Assembly (NCBI GenBank): GCA_977017645.1
Contig: OZ360257.1
Location: 14,694,001 to 14,758,000 of the forward strand
Length of the DNA stretch: 64,000 bases
From: Torpedo marmorata
Lineage: Eukaryota
Direction of reading: 5' to 3'
A model generated the notes under the pieces. The model did not search any database. It was given only the letters and a program-made list of their open reading frames with translations, and was not told where the DNA came from. Shown here in pieces: positions 49,892-62,922 of the stretch (its first letter is position 1; every line of letters begins with the position of its first letter). Position numbers and translations under genes: made by a program.

Positions 49892-50265
49892 CAGTGGTTT
49901 TCAAACTTTTTCTTTCCACTAACATACCACCTTAAATAATCACTGTGGCATCGGTGCTCTGTGATTAGTAAGGGTTACTTAAATTGGTATGTGAGTGGGG
50001 AAAAAAGATTGAGAACCACTGCTCCAGACCTAATTGTTACTGAAATATTTTGCTTAATAAAAATTGTCATTGGCCCATTTCCTTTGGAGTGATGAAGCCG
50101 TGCACATAACGAGTCAACGAGGTATGATTAAAACAGTGGTTTTCAAACTTTTTATTTCCACTCACATACCACCTTAAATAACCCCTTACTAATCACAGAG
50201 CAACTGTGGCATAGGGATTACTTAATGTGGTGTGTGAGTGTGAAGAAAAGGTTTGAAAACCTCTG
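49892..50265. mobile_element. hAT composite MITE, segmental copy
   Basis: Same structure and flanks as 23621-23995. Confidence 0.85.
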
Positions 50266-52235
50266 CATTAAACTAATGGCGCAACTGCATCTAATCTGTC
50301 CAATCATGGAGCGACCAGTAATTTTAGAGAACGAAAAAAATAACAATCCTATTCTTAGAATACTTGGTGTACATCGTAAGCCATGTAACATCTGCTAAAA
50401 CTTCTTTTCATACTCGAGTTTTCAAGTCAAGTTTTTTGTCATCTGATTGTACAAGTACAACCCGAAGAAACTGCGTTCTCTGGTGTAGGTGCAAAACATG
50501 CAGACATACAACCAGACATAACACACATACAGACAAATAATACATATTTACGTCATACATATAATACATTTTAAGTCACAGCTTCTCCAACCGGCGCAAT
50601 GCTCTTGTCCATTGAATAAACGCGTTGCTTTTGCTGACGAAAGTTCCCAAATTTATAGAAACAACTCCCAAGTATTCGTGTTGCATTTCGATTTTTAATA
50701 TACTGCATCAAAATGTGGTGACATAAAATTGAGGGAATTAATGGAAAATAGCTAATGGTTTAGCTCTGCATGTGGCGAAATAATTTTTAAAGGAAGTCAA
50801 CCACTCAGAAAAGATCCCCGCATGCCGATCCAATATAAGGAAGGTATGTGCGCTACATTGCTTTATTTCAAAGAGATTTTCCGCCGCTCACGTTAAATTC
50901 AAGAAACAGTCTGGTGGCTTTTGTTTCCTCGAATTACCTCCAGCTAAAGGATTTGAGACAGCAGGATCAGAGCAGCCTGTGTGTTCCAAGTACAAGCAGC
51001 AGCTACATGGAGCTTCCCAGTTCTCCAGACAGTTGTAGATCTCGAACAAAACCAGGCTGCAATACCATCCTAGCAACGAAAATGATCCATAATTATTTGG
51101 AGGAATTGGGCATTATTCGTCGTCTGATTTTTAACTTCCACCAAGTATAATGTGCAACAAGATCATGAAAGAAATACTATAAATCAAAGGTAACAACAAG
51201 AACAGCATTTGCAAAGAAAATTGAAAATAATTCCGAGTTCCAGGATGAATCCGCAGTTGGAGAGAAGGGGATTGATTAAGGGGAGATAGCATAGCTTTGT
51301 TGTTGGCAGATTATATACAACCAATTTTATGTTTGTTTCGAGGAACAGCTCAATGTATCGATGAGAGTACTGCAGTTCATGAAGTTGACACGAATTTCGG
51401 TACGACCCTGTCAAATATCCAGACAATGGGCTTGCACGGTTAGCGTAGCGGTTAGTGCAACACATTTACAGGGCCAGTGTCCCGGGTTCGAACCCGGCCC
51501 TGTCTGTGAGGAGTTTGTTCGTTCTCCATGTGTTTGCGTGGGTTTCCTCCGGGTGATCCGGTTTCCTCCCACCCTTTAAAACGTATCTTTATTGGGTTAT
51601 TTGAGCGGCACAGACTGTGGGCCAGAAAGGCCTGTTACAGTGCTGTATGTCTAAATAATGCACTGGTCCACAGTTCAAGGGATCAAAGGCAATTTGGAAA
51701 TTCGGATTCAATGTTTGCCTCGTAACAGAAGGTAATAGTTCATGATGGAATATTGAATATAGAATATAGAAATCTTCAACGTAGTATAGGCCATTTGAGC
51801 CATAGTTTTATGCCAACCTGATAATCTCCGCTTCCAAGAATTCCGAGAATTTCCGTCCTGTATAACGCTCATTTTCTCTCTGTTCCATGCACCAATATGC
51901 TCGTCTCTAAAGATATCCTATTGCACCTGCCTCTAAAACAGTTGCCAGCAGTGAATTCCATGCACCCATTACTCTCTGTGTGAAGATTGTGCCTCTAACC
52001 CTCCCCATCTACTTATCCGAAGCACTTTTAAACGCCCCCCCCACCCCGGCTGAATGGAGGTTTTCCTTTGCGTGTGGAAACCTTTCTTCCACAGTGCCAG
52101 AAAGTCAAACTATTGGGGGGACTCAGCGGATTGAACAGCGTGTGTGTGTGTGTGTTTCTGTATGTATGTGTTTATGTTTTGTGTGTGTTTGTGTTTGTGT
52201 TTCTGTATGTGTGTGTTTGTGTTTTGTGTGTGTTT

Positions 52236-52274
<39 letters not shown>

Positions 52275-52584
52275 GGGGCGGGTGACAGCGATAGTGGAGT
52301 TTTCGGGACGATACTTTGCCTCAGGGCCATGCTTGAAGTTCAGCTCAGTAAGGTCAAGTTTGACCCTCTTTTCAGAAGAGATGGATCTGATCTCGGCTTC
52401 CATATGACATCAACGTTATTAAAGTAAATGCGCACAAGTCTAAGTAGAGCAAACATGAAGTCTCATCGCGCTTATGCCACACTCTTAAAACTACCAGAGA
52501 AACGTGGTTCAATAATAATATAATTGCAGCAAATCACGAAGTGTCTGCTGTTCTGCCTTCAGATCAGAGAACATTATTAATCTC

Positions 52585-53977
52585 AATCTCTAAAAAGGGT
52601 AATAGAGAGTATCCTGAGAATAACCGACAGGTGAGGCTTACGTCACTGGTGTGAAAACTATCGGAGAGGATTCTTTAGGACACGATTTATGAGCATTTGG
52701 AGAAGTACAGTCGTCTGAGAGACATAAGCATGGCTTTGTGAGGGGATGGTCGTGCTTCATGAGCCTCGTTGCATTTTCTGAGGAGATAACAAAATATATT
52801 GAGAAAAATGTGCTTTAGACAAGGTACATATGGATTTCAGTAAGGCGTTTGACAAGGTTCCCCATGAAAGACTCGGTCAGAAAGACATCAGGCATTCTAT
52901 CCACGGAATCTCAGCTGTGTGGATAAAAAATTGGCTTGCCTGTAGAAAGCAGAGGACGGCACAGAAAGTATTCTGTCTGGAAGTCAGTGACCAGTGGAGT
53001 TCCGCAAGGATTTTTTCTAGAACCCCTGCTCTTTGTGCATTTTATTAATGACCGAGATGAAGAGCGGAAGGGTGTGTCAGTAGGTTTGCAGATGATATAA
53101 TGGTTGGAGGAGCTGCAGTTAGTGTTGAAGTTTGTCGTAGATTACAATGCAGAGATGAGCGCAAAAGTGGCAGATCGACTTCAATCCGGATAAGTTTGTG
53201 AAGCATTTTGGAAGGTCAAACCTTGATGAATACAGCATTAATGGTCGGATACTTAGGAGTGTGGAGGAACAGAGGTACCTTGAAGTTAAAATCCATAGAT
53301 CTCTCAATGTTTCCGCGCAGGTTGATAGGATAGTTAAGAAGGCCTAGGGATGCTGGGTTTCAATAATAGGGAGATTGAGTTCAATAGTATAGATGTCATG
53401 TTGCAACTCTACACACCTCTGGTTAGACCATACTTATAGTATTGTATTCAGTTATGGCCACATCGTTATAGGAAGGATGTGGAAACTGTGGAGAGGGTGC
53501 GGAGGAGATTTACCAGTGTATTGCCTGGATTGGAAAATGTCTTCCGAGGCAAGGTTAGTAGAGCAGGGACTTTTTTGTTTAGAGTGAAGAAGGATGAGAG
53601 GTGACTTAATCAAAGTCTACAAGAATATAGACAGTAGATAGGGAAGACAGCAAGCGCCTTTTCGCAGGGAGGGAATAGCAAACACCAGGGGACGTTTGCA
53701 CAAAGTGAAGGGAGGAAGGTTGAGGGGAGATATCAGAGGTAAATTATTCACACAGAGATGGAGGAGCCGGCAATGCTTTGCCAAGTTGGTGGTGGGGGCT
53801 GAATCACTTTGGGTATTTAAGAGACTCGTAGACAGGCACGTGGATGAACGAAAATTAGAGGATTAAAAGTTTGGAAGGTTTCAGTATTTTCTTGGTAGGA
53901 ATATACAGATCGGCACAACATTGAAGGCCGAATAGCCTGTACTGTGCTGTCATGTTCCATGTTCTATGTTATATGTT
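52585..53977 (+). mobile_element. Segmental copy of CR1 26295-27672
   Basis: Same lesions and same flanks as 26295-27672. Confidence 0.9.
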
Positions 53978-53988
53978 TTGAAACTACT

Positions 53989-54549
53989 TTGCTGCCAAAC
54001 GTCATTCTGTTCCATGTAATTTACGGCCTCTCAAAATGGATCACTCAGTGGTTGCTGGGAATGGCAGAAGCTGACTGAGAAGTTGTGAAACTGTATATGA
54101 ATTGATTTTATATGAGATTAACGATCGGTATTTTCCACATTCACACTTCAATCAGACTTCTCTCTGTAGAGTTATTCTGACCATGTTATTTATTTCCATT
54201 GACGGTTCAATGTGACTAACTGTGGCTTTCATGTTCGATCGATTTTTTGCTATTTGTCACCAAACGCTACAAGCAAAATATTGCACTGAAAATAATTCAT
54301 CTGTAGCGAAAGCGCGGTGGAATTTTCCTCAACATTTGGGAAAAAACACCATTTTATTTATTAACCTCGGGAAGTAATTGATAACGTTGAATTATCCTGC
54401 AATGTAATATCATGCTTTTACACCTTATGAATTTGAGCAGTTATTCTCTGGCAGTAAAAAGTCTTTAACTCATTTGCTCTTTATGTCTTTATCTTGGCGC
54501 CACATTCCCTGACCATCAGCCGCATTATACTGGCTATCCGAGCGAGGAG
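53989..54549 (+). pseudogene. Lineage-B GPCR pseudogene copy
   Basis: Near-identical to 41348-41908. Confidence 0.85.
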
Positions 54550-55615
54550 GCCAACCCACCATACACCCTCTTTACCAGCGCGTCAACTCGCGCAGCAACC
54601 TTGAGGGGTGTATTAACATGGACCCCAAGATCTCTCAGTTCCTCCAAACTGTAAGAAATACTGTCATTAACACGCACTCCGCCTTCGATTCGGCCTCCAA
54701 AGTGCACTACACTTTACCGTATTGAACTCAATTTGCCACTCCTCTGCCCAACTCCGCATCCTGTCTATATCCCGTTATAACCCACGACAGCCTTCTGCAC
54801 TCCCGACAACACTGTGAACCGTTGTATCATTAGCAAATGCAAAGAAAATAGAGCACAGAAAGAAATTCTCTGATTGGACTTGATGCCTTCGAACCAACCC
54901 TCAGCGTTGATGCATTACCCCAAACACCACAGGCGATCCAAACACTCCTAGGATCTGTGTGGCGTTTGCAACAAAAATTAAATCAGGATTTCAAGGGGGA
55001 CGGTTCACGTCACAGTTCAGCGCAACACATTCACAGCGTCAGCGACGCGGGTTCAAATACAGCGCTGCCCTGGAAGGAGTTTTATTGCTTTCCCTCGTGA
55101 ACTGCTCGGTTTCCCAGGGTACTCTGGTTTCTTCCCACTCACGAAAAAAAGTATGGAATTGGCATGTTCATTGGATGTAATTTGGCAGCACGGGCGTCAT
55201 GCGCTAAGTGTCTGTATATTTTAAATAAATCTTCAGTCAAGCTAGCATGGCAGTCGACGTGTGAAAACAAACCATCTGGTCAGACCGACTGATGAACTTT
55301 TGAAAACTCATTGGAATAAAGTTATTTTCAGGTGTATAATGATAAAAAGGAAATATGTGTGATAATCAGGATCATTGGGAACAAACAAAGGAGAGAATTG
55401 CGAACACGTACCCCAGGGACGAGGTTAAAGCGAAGCAAATGGAGATAGATGAACGCGACACTCCAGTGTCACGGTTCCACGTCAGGTGATGCAGCGAGCT
55501 CGCACCTGAACCTTGTTTATTACAATAACTAGTGTTAGTTACTCTGGGCGGAGTGATCTCAGGTCATTAAGTTAGAATGAACTGATAGTCTTTGTTAAAT
55601 CGAGTATGTGGAGGT

Positions 55616-55657
55616 GTTATGCAAGTTAGTGTCCCAGGAGAACGGCTGTCCTATAAA
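55616..55657 (+). promoter_or_regulatory. Core promoter of gene 5
   Basis: TATAAA at 55652-55657, 80 nt before the ATG. Confidence 0.6.
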
Positions 55658-55731
55658 TTAGGCTTCACAGTGAAACTCTTCGTTTTCACATATTCACATG
55701 TGCTGTAGAGAAACCGCATTATCCTCAAACG

Positions 55732-55792
55732 ATGCCACGAATGAAAGCCACGGATATCTTCTATCACATTATTGCAATTGTCGGCATTCCTG
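55732..55792 (+). CDS. GPR139-like gene 5, coding exon 1 (same peptide as gene 4)
   Basis: ATG at 55732, GTAAGT donor at 55793. Confidence 0.9.
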
Positions 55793-55891
55793 GTAAGTGA
55801 TTTTGCTGCGATCTCCGCCGAGTGTTTTCTGGTTGTCCGTATTACGGATGAGTATCACGTGTGTGCGTGCGTGTGTATATAAAGGTATACA

Positions 55892-55970
<79 letters not shown>

Positions 55971-57563
55971 ACACATACACTCACAGAAAGTTGTTCAGCC
56001 GTCGTCGCTCTGCCAGTATTTAAAGAATCTTTTGACCTGAGGTTGTTGAAGTTAGACAATGTCCAGTCACTAAAAAATAAAACCGAAGACCTCTGGGCAA
56101 TGCTGCTATATCAGAGACAGTTGAGACAAATCTCAGTTGTTTGCTGCTGCGAATCCTGGCTAACAGAAAACACAAATAACGCTGTGATCCGACCAGAGGA
56201 TTTAACCATTCACAGGCTGGACTGGGACATGGATTCTGGCAAAGTGACAGGGCACAGTGTTTGCTTTCCTGTTAATATCGGATGGTGCACGGACGTTGGT
56301 GTTCTATCGAAATCTTCCTCCAGTGGCGGAGAGCAGATATCGATCAAATGAAAACTCTTCAATGTTCCCCGAGGTTTCTCATCAGTTATTCTCACCCGAG
56401 TTTATCTCCTTCCCGACACCAATTACAAACAGGCACTTGCGGAGCTGCATGACCTGGTCAGTAAACAGGCCCACCCCGAGACACTTCCAGTCACAGTCGT
56501 TGACTTTCATCAGGCCTGTCTTAAGAAAGCCCTGCGCAAATATCACCAGCACGTAACCTGCTGTACCAGAGACACCAGCTCATTTGAACTTTGCGACAAC
56601 AACATAAGGAATGCCTACGTTCCTTCATGATACATCATGTTGTTGTTTGCTGTTCACCCCATCTAAACCCCTCATGATGTTGTCTACCCCCAATAATTCA
56701 CCTCTTCCCCTTCATCGCTGCAGAGAAAAGCCCTAGCTCTGTCGACCTTCCTTCATATGATAGGTTCTGCAATCCAGGCAACACCTTTGCACACTCTCCA
56801 GAGCATCCATATATTTCCTATAAGGAGGCAACCATAACTGAACGCATAGATTTGAACTGTTTATCGTCACGTATCCGGGGAAAAGTGAAAAGGCGTTATT
56901 TTGCCTGCTATCCAGGCAAATCAAGCCATATAAAATACAGCAGGCAGCGCAAGGATAGAAATAGTACAGATGATAGTGTTACAATAAAGTACAACATGAC
57001 GTGCTAAAGACAGGAGTGCTGTTAAGCTATGCAAGTCATTACCTTTTACTCATGAGAGGTCTATTCAACAGCCTGCCAGCAGGAATGCATGTGCCCTTGA
57101 ATCTGGTTGGGTGCTATTCTTCATAACTCGTGCTTCTTCTGCCCGGCGGCAGGGATTATTTATCCGGGAGACGGCGGGAGATATGGACGAAGTCGATGGA
57201 CGGGGGATTGGATTATTGATAACACTGAATTGCGTTCATTACTCTCCGTGGTTTCTTGAGACTCCGAGCTCAGCAGTTTCCACTCCAATCTGTGATGCAC
57301 CCGTACCGGACACTTTCTATTGTTCATCTGCACACAACGGACAGGGTCAACGGGGGCATGCCGAAATTCCTCAGCTTCTGAGGTAGTGAAAGCGTTGTTG
57401 CTCTTTCCATTCCGTAGTGCCAATGTAATGTTGGCAACTGCATAATTTACAGGAACAGACAAATGTTTCGATTAGGTTATTCCCAAAGATTCCATTGTAA
57501 AAATCACGTTAAAGATGTTGACTTGTTTTTCTGGTAATTTCCTGGTTTTCCATCTTGTTACAG

Positions 57564-58477
57564 GTAACCTGCTCTCGATTGTGGTCCTGTCACGGGGAAT
57601 GCGCGGCCTCTCCAAAGGAGTGACTCGTTACATGGTAACCATGGCAGTTGCAGACACAATGGTCTGTGTGTTTAACGTTACAGTGATATTCGTCTTCGGC
57701 TATCATTTTCCTCATTCATTCCTGGCACATACCTCCACTTGTCGTCTTACAGACTTCATACAGAAATCCAGCGTGCAATTTTCTGTCTGGGCCACGGTAT
57801 CGTTCACAGTGGACCGCTTCATTGCCATTTGTTGCCAGCAATTCAAAACAAAATATAGTACCGAAATAAACGCCACGGTAGTTCTTACGACTGTGTGTGT
57901 GCTGAGCTTTTTGATGCACATTCCAGCTTATTTCCGGTATCAACCCCATTACATTGCGGGTGATGTCCAATGGGGCTGCCGTACTATAACACGATATATT
58001 TCTTCACCAGCATGGCAGACTTACAGATGGTTGTCTAAACTTATGGTACCACTGGTGCCGCTGCTGCTGATGTTGCTGTTGAATTCTCTCACCGTCCGAC
58101 ACATTTTACTTGTCAGCAGAGCTCGGAAGGCTTTGAAGAGCCGTGGGGACGGTCAGGTATTTGATCACGAGATGACGAAACGGAGAACGTCCATTATATT
58201 GCTCTTCGCCATTTCTGGTACCTTCATAGCGTTGTGGACACCGGTTACGATAATTGACCAATACTTCCATCTCACCTCAAGTTTTTCGATCGACGCCCCG
58301 AAGTCACTGCTTCTGGCAATTAGAATCGCGATTCTGCTGATGTATTTGAGCTGCTGTACAAACACTTGTGTTTATGCAATGACACAGAGGAGATTCCGGG
58401 AGGAGGTGAAGAAGGTGGCAAAACATCCATTTATTGCCCTTGTACGGTTTTTAAAACCAATGACGCAGCCACAATGA
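57564..58477 (+). CDS. GPR139-like gene 5, exon 2 (324 aa; differs from gene 4 by KYC>KYS in ICL2)
   Basis: AG acceptor at 57562-57563; intact 7TM ORF. Confidence 0.92.
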
Positions 58478-61400
58478 ATCAGAGATCATGGCCCTGTTCC
58501 TCAGTTCGCTTCCAATGTCGAATCTCGTCCTTTTTATTAATAATTCCCTGTAACATAAGCCCCGTAAAAAAAGCCAACCACACACACCATTCCCACACCA
58601 ACATTTCGGGACGTGTCCTCCTGTACTGCTAAATGGAGGCCATCCGCAAATTAGGCGACTACTGGATATCTGGCCATTGTAAATGTCCAAACAATTGAAT
58701 GAAACGTTCAACGACGTACTGCATGAATCACATTTTGCCCAGGTTAATCAATATTACAAATTTGAATTCAGGTTTTTTGTTGCATGTACGAAGACCTCAC
58801 GAGAGTGTTTTTTGATTTGATTTTTTTACAACATACCAGTTGGCATCTCATACATCGAAGAAGGAGTGAGACGCAACTAAAAAGTGCAGAGTTACAGAGA
58901 AGTAGATAAAGTGAGAGTACGAGAGAGATAACGAAATGGAGAGAGAGAGAGAGCGAAATGGAGAGAGAGAGGGAGCGAGAGAGAGAGACAGAGAGAGTGG
59001 GAGAGTGATTCAGCGAGAGAGAGAGAGACAGAGAGAGAGAGAGTGTGTTAGAGATCGAGAGAGAGTCAGACAGACAGAGACAGAGAGAGGGGAGAGGGAG
59101 AGATAGAGAGAGAGTTCAGTTGGTACTGAACAAAGGAGACATAATTTCACTATCTTGGGACAAATACAGAAAACGCAGAGATTTCTCAGCAGGCCTGGTC
59201 GTCTGTGCCAGATCTTTTAAGGGAATTCCGCTGGAGAGCAGAATCGAACGTCATCGGGTCAAGCATTTGCAAATTCTTTTCTTATTCAATTTTTAAAAAG
59301 GAAGTATCCCAAACACAGGTCGTGTCATATTTAATGTTCTGTATTATAGCATAACAATAAAATAAAATTGAATCTTCAATTTCGGCAGGATATAGATCAG
59401 GTGAAAACTTGGGCTGTGCGTTGCCAGCTGGAATTTTATACTGACAACTGCAAATAATGCACGGCATATGCACTAAATGTTCCATCAGGAAGGAAACGTG
59501 CTGAACAGAGGGACATGGGGGTCTGAATTCATAGTTGCCTGAAAGCAGCAACACGTTTTTTAGGGTGATGGTGCCTTCCTAGTTCGAGGATAATATATAG
59601 GATCTCGAATTTCACAAACACTGTTCAGACTGTACTTGAAGTATAGTTTGCAGTTCTGGTCGCCACACTATTTATGTGATTGGACCGGCGTTGTTGCAGA
59701 AAATTCACCAGGATGTTGCCTGGAAAGGAGGACGAGCTGTGGAAGGTGCTTAATAGGAAGGGGCCAATTTTCCCTGGAGCACAGCGGGTTTAGGAACGAG
59801 CTGGGAAATATAAGTAAGATGATGAGAGTCACCGATAGGGAAGATGTTCAAAACCTATTTCTAATGCCAGGGTTAACAAAAGTAAGTGGACACGAGTTTA
59901 AGGTGAGTTTTAAGGGGAATCTAGGAGATTGTCTTTTTAAACAGGCATATGAAGCAAAGAAATATGCTGGAGGAACTCAGTAGGTCGAGCATCATTCGTG
60001 GAGATACGATACATCGACGTTTCGGGTCAGAAACCTTCATCACGTTTAATATCTGATTTGCTCTTCTCGGGGATGCGGTGAAGTCAGATATAATTCTCCA
60101 AACACATCAGTAAGGAAGCCACTATTTCTGTTGGGTGCTGCACTTGACTCAATTACCTTTATGAAGTTGTCTCTCACGTATTCGGTGATGATCTATTTTA
60201 TTACCCCGGACGTCTGCTCAACAGCTGAATTCCCATCAATGGGTTCTAATTTCCTTAACCGTCACTATGAACTGTGGGAGGACGAGCAGAAATCTCCATT
60301 CCAGCATAACAGTTCCTGAATCAGCAAAAAGTAACAAGTTAATACTTGAAACTCGTGCTGCTTCCACTTGGCTCCATAATCATATGTGTGTTCAATCTTA
60401 ACATGATTGAGCACATCGGCCTTTTATTGATCATCTCTGGTCCAAACGCTGTTGGTTTGAGTGGTGAGGTGAGCCGATACTTATCCCGGCCGTCAATATC
60501 GAAAAGTGAAATTATTCAGCAGATATAATCAATGTTTACAGTCCTTTGAGTCCTAAGATCGCCTTGCCAATATCTGGAACCCTTGTTCAATTTGCTATCA
60601 CCTGTGAATATCTTCCGACACTCCCATTACATAACAATACAGAACATAAAACAGTAGAGCCTGAAAGGGCTTCCCTTGGGTACGGTTTCTATCTTCCTCC
60701 TCTCCCGGGGTCCGAAACTCGTCGTGGCCGCTGCCGAGCCGAGGCGTCACTGTCTTGGTGACAGACCCCGAGGGTACATGATTTTACTTACAAATACAGT
60801 CGGACGCTTTATCGGCCATTTTAAAGCCTGTACGTGTCAGCCGGCATTAGGACCGGGCATTGGAACCCTTCGGAGTAGTGCTATGTCTCGTGGACAAGCG
60901 CTGTTTCTATGTCAGAAATGTCAGTCTAAGGCTTTGGGAGCCGGTCTGATGCTTGAGGTATCATGTTAAAATTAGAACTCTGCTGAATCTTGCATCACAA
61001 TTAATACGCAGGGAATTCTACAGAATTCTGCCGATGCTGTGATTGTAGTGCAATACACAAAAGTACAGAATAAACTCAGCATCTCATGCAACGTCCATTG
61101 GAAGGAAAGTTATATACATCCTGAATTACTCCAGCACTATTGTGTATTGCACTAATATCGAGGGATGTTTTCATTTATCTTTTATCTAACTGCAAAACTG
61201 ACACCGTTTTTTATATTAATCGAGCAAAGTCGCCATGGAGCGGTACGCCATACATTTGAACGAACCAATGGGCGCTCTGTGGAATTTTCAAATACTTTTA
61301 TCAAAAATAAACATTATTACCAATAAAATAATTTACAAAATAAAACCCTTCAGTCTTATCGCGGCATTTGTGTCATATCCATAGATAGGCATCACTCTAC

Positions 61401-62549
61401 ATTGTTAAAGTCGTTCTCTTTTAAGCACGTTTGCCACCGGGCCGATGCTCCCCCAACTGGTGATTGAGGCTTCCCCTCCGGTCTCGGCCCCTCAATGCCC
61501 GGTAACGGAAGTACTGAACACCGTGCCCCTTACACACGGCGCCATCGCGTTGGCTGCAAGCACATGCATAATGCAGCTGCTAATCAACAACACTGTGAGA
61601 ACGACCGACAATAGCTAAGTAGCATGCTTTAACTTTTAAATTTAAATTTAGATGATTATTTTTTAATTTAGACGTACAGCACGATAACAACCCCTTTCGG
61701 TCCACAAGCCCATGCCACATAATCACACCCAATTGACCGACACACCCAGTACGTTTGAAGGGTGGGAGCAAACCGGAGTCCGTTGGGAAAACCCACGTAG
61801 ACACGGGGAGAACGTAAAAACTCCTCACAGTCAGCGTGGGATTCGATCCCCGGTCCCAATCGCAGGCGCTGTAACAGGGTTGCGCTAACCGCTACGCTAA
61901 CTGTGCCGCTCAGCGAAGAAGATTGAGTAAGTTATTGTGAAAAAGAATAAGACCCAAATTCTGATTTTCAAGATTTTCCATTCCGAAGGCAGGGTTCATA
62001 ATGCTGAAAATATTATGTGCAGTAGTTCTACGTTGTTATGCAAGTTAAATCGCCAATTTATTGGCACAAACGTCGATAGCTGTTGACAAATTTAAGAAGC
62101 CCAAGGAAATAATGTGAACAATTTGTGGGAGAATTCGGAAAATCAATTTCAATTTGCTATTTTTCATCCGAATTATTTGATCTGATTTTTGTGTCGATTT
62201 CAGAACAATTATATTTCTAACCCAAAGGCATAATGATATAGTATTTTTCAAGATTCCAACAGTGTGAATTTAAACAATACTAAGGAACAGGCAAATCATC
62301 ACAGGGTCTCGGGTTTGTTGGTTCCTTCACGAATCTATAAATACACATCGTAACTATAATAATGCGATGTGGATATATTTTGTTTGGAATGATTCGTCTT
62401 CCTGATCGACATCAGCAGTTATGACTTTATTTAATCTGCTTGCTCCAATGAAAATCTGCGACTAATGACAATAATTTCGTGTTCATGTGTCATTATGTGT
62501 CAGGTTTACTTTATTTATAAGTCAGGCATTGCTGTGAATTCCATGAAGC

Positions 62550-62922
62550 CAGTGGTTTTCAAACTTTTTCTTTCCACTAACATACCTCCTTAAATAATCA
62601 CTGTGGCATTGGTGCTCTGTGATTAGTAAGGGTTACTTAAATTGGTATGTGAGTGGGGAAAAAAGATTGAGAACCACTGCTCCAGACCTAATTGTTACTG
62701 AAATATTTTGCTTAATAAAATTATCATTGGCCCATTTCCTTTGGAGTTATGAAGCCGTGCACATAACGAGGCAAAGAGGTATGATTAAAACAGTGGTTTT
62801 GAAACTTTTTATTTCCACTCACATACCACCTTAAATAATCCCTTACTAATCACAGAGCAACTATGGCATAGGGATAACTTAATGTGGTGTGTGAGTGTGA
62901 AGAAAAAGTTTGAAAACCTCTG
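62550..62922. mobile_element. hAT composite MITE, segmental copy
   Basis: Same structure and flanks as 23621-23995. Confidence 0.85.
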
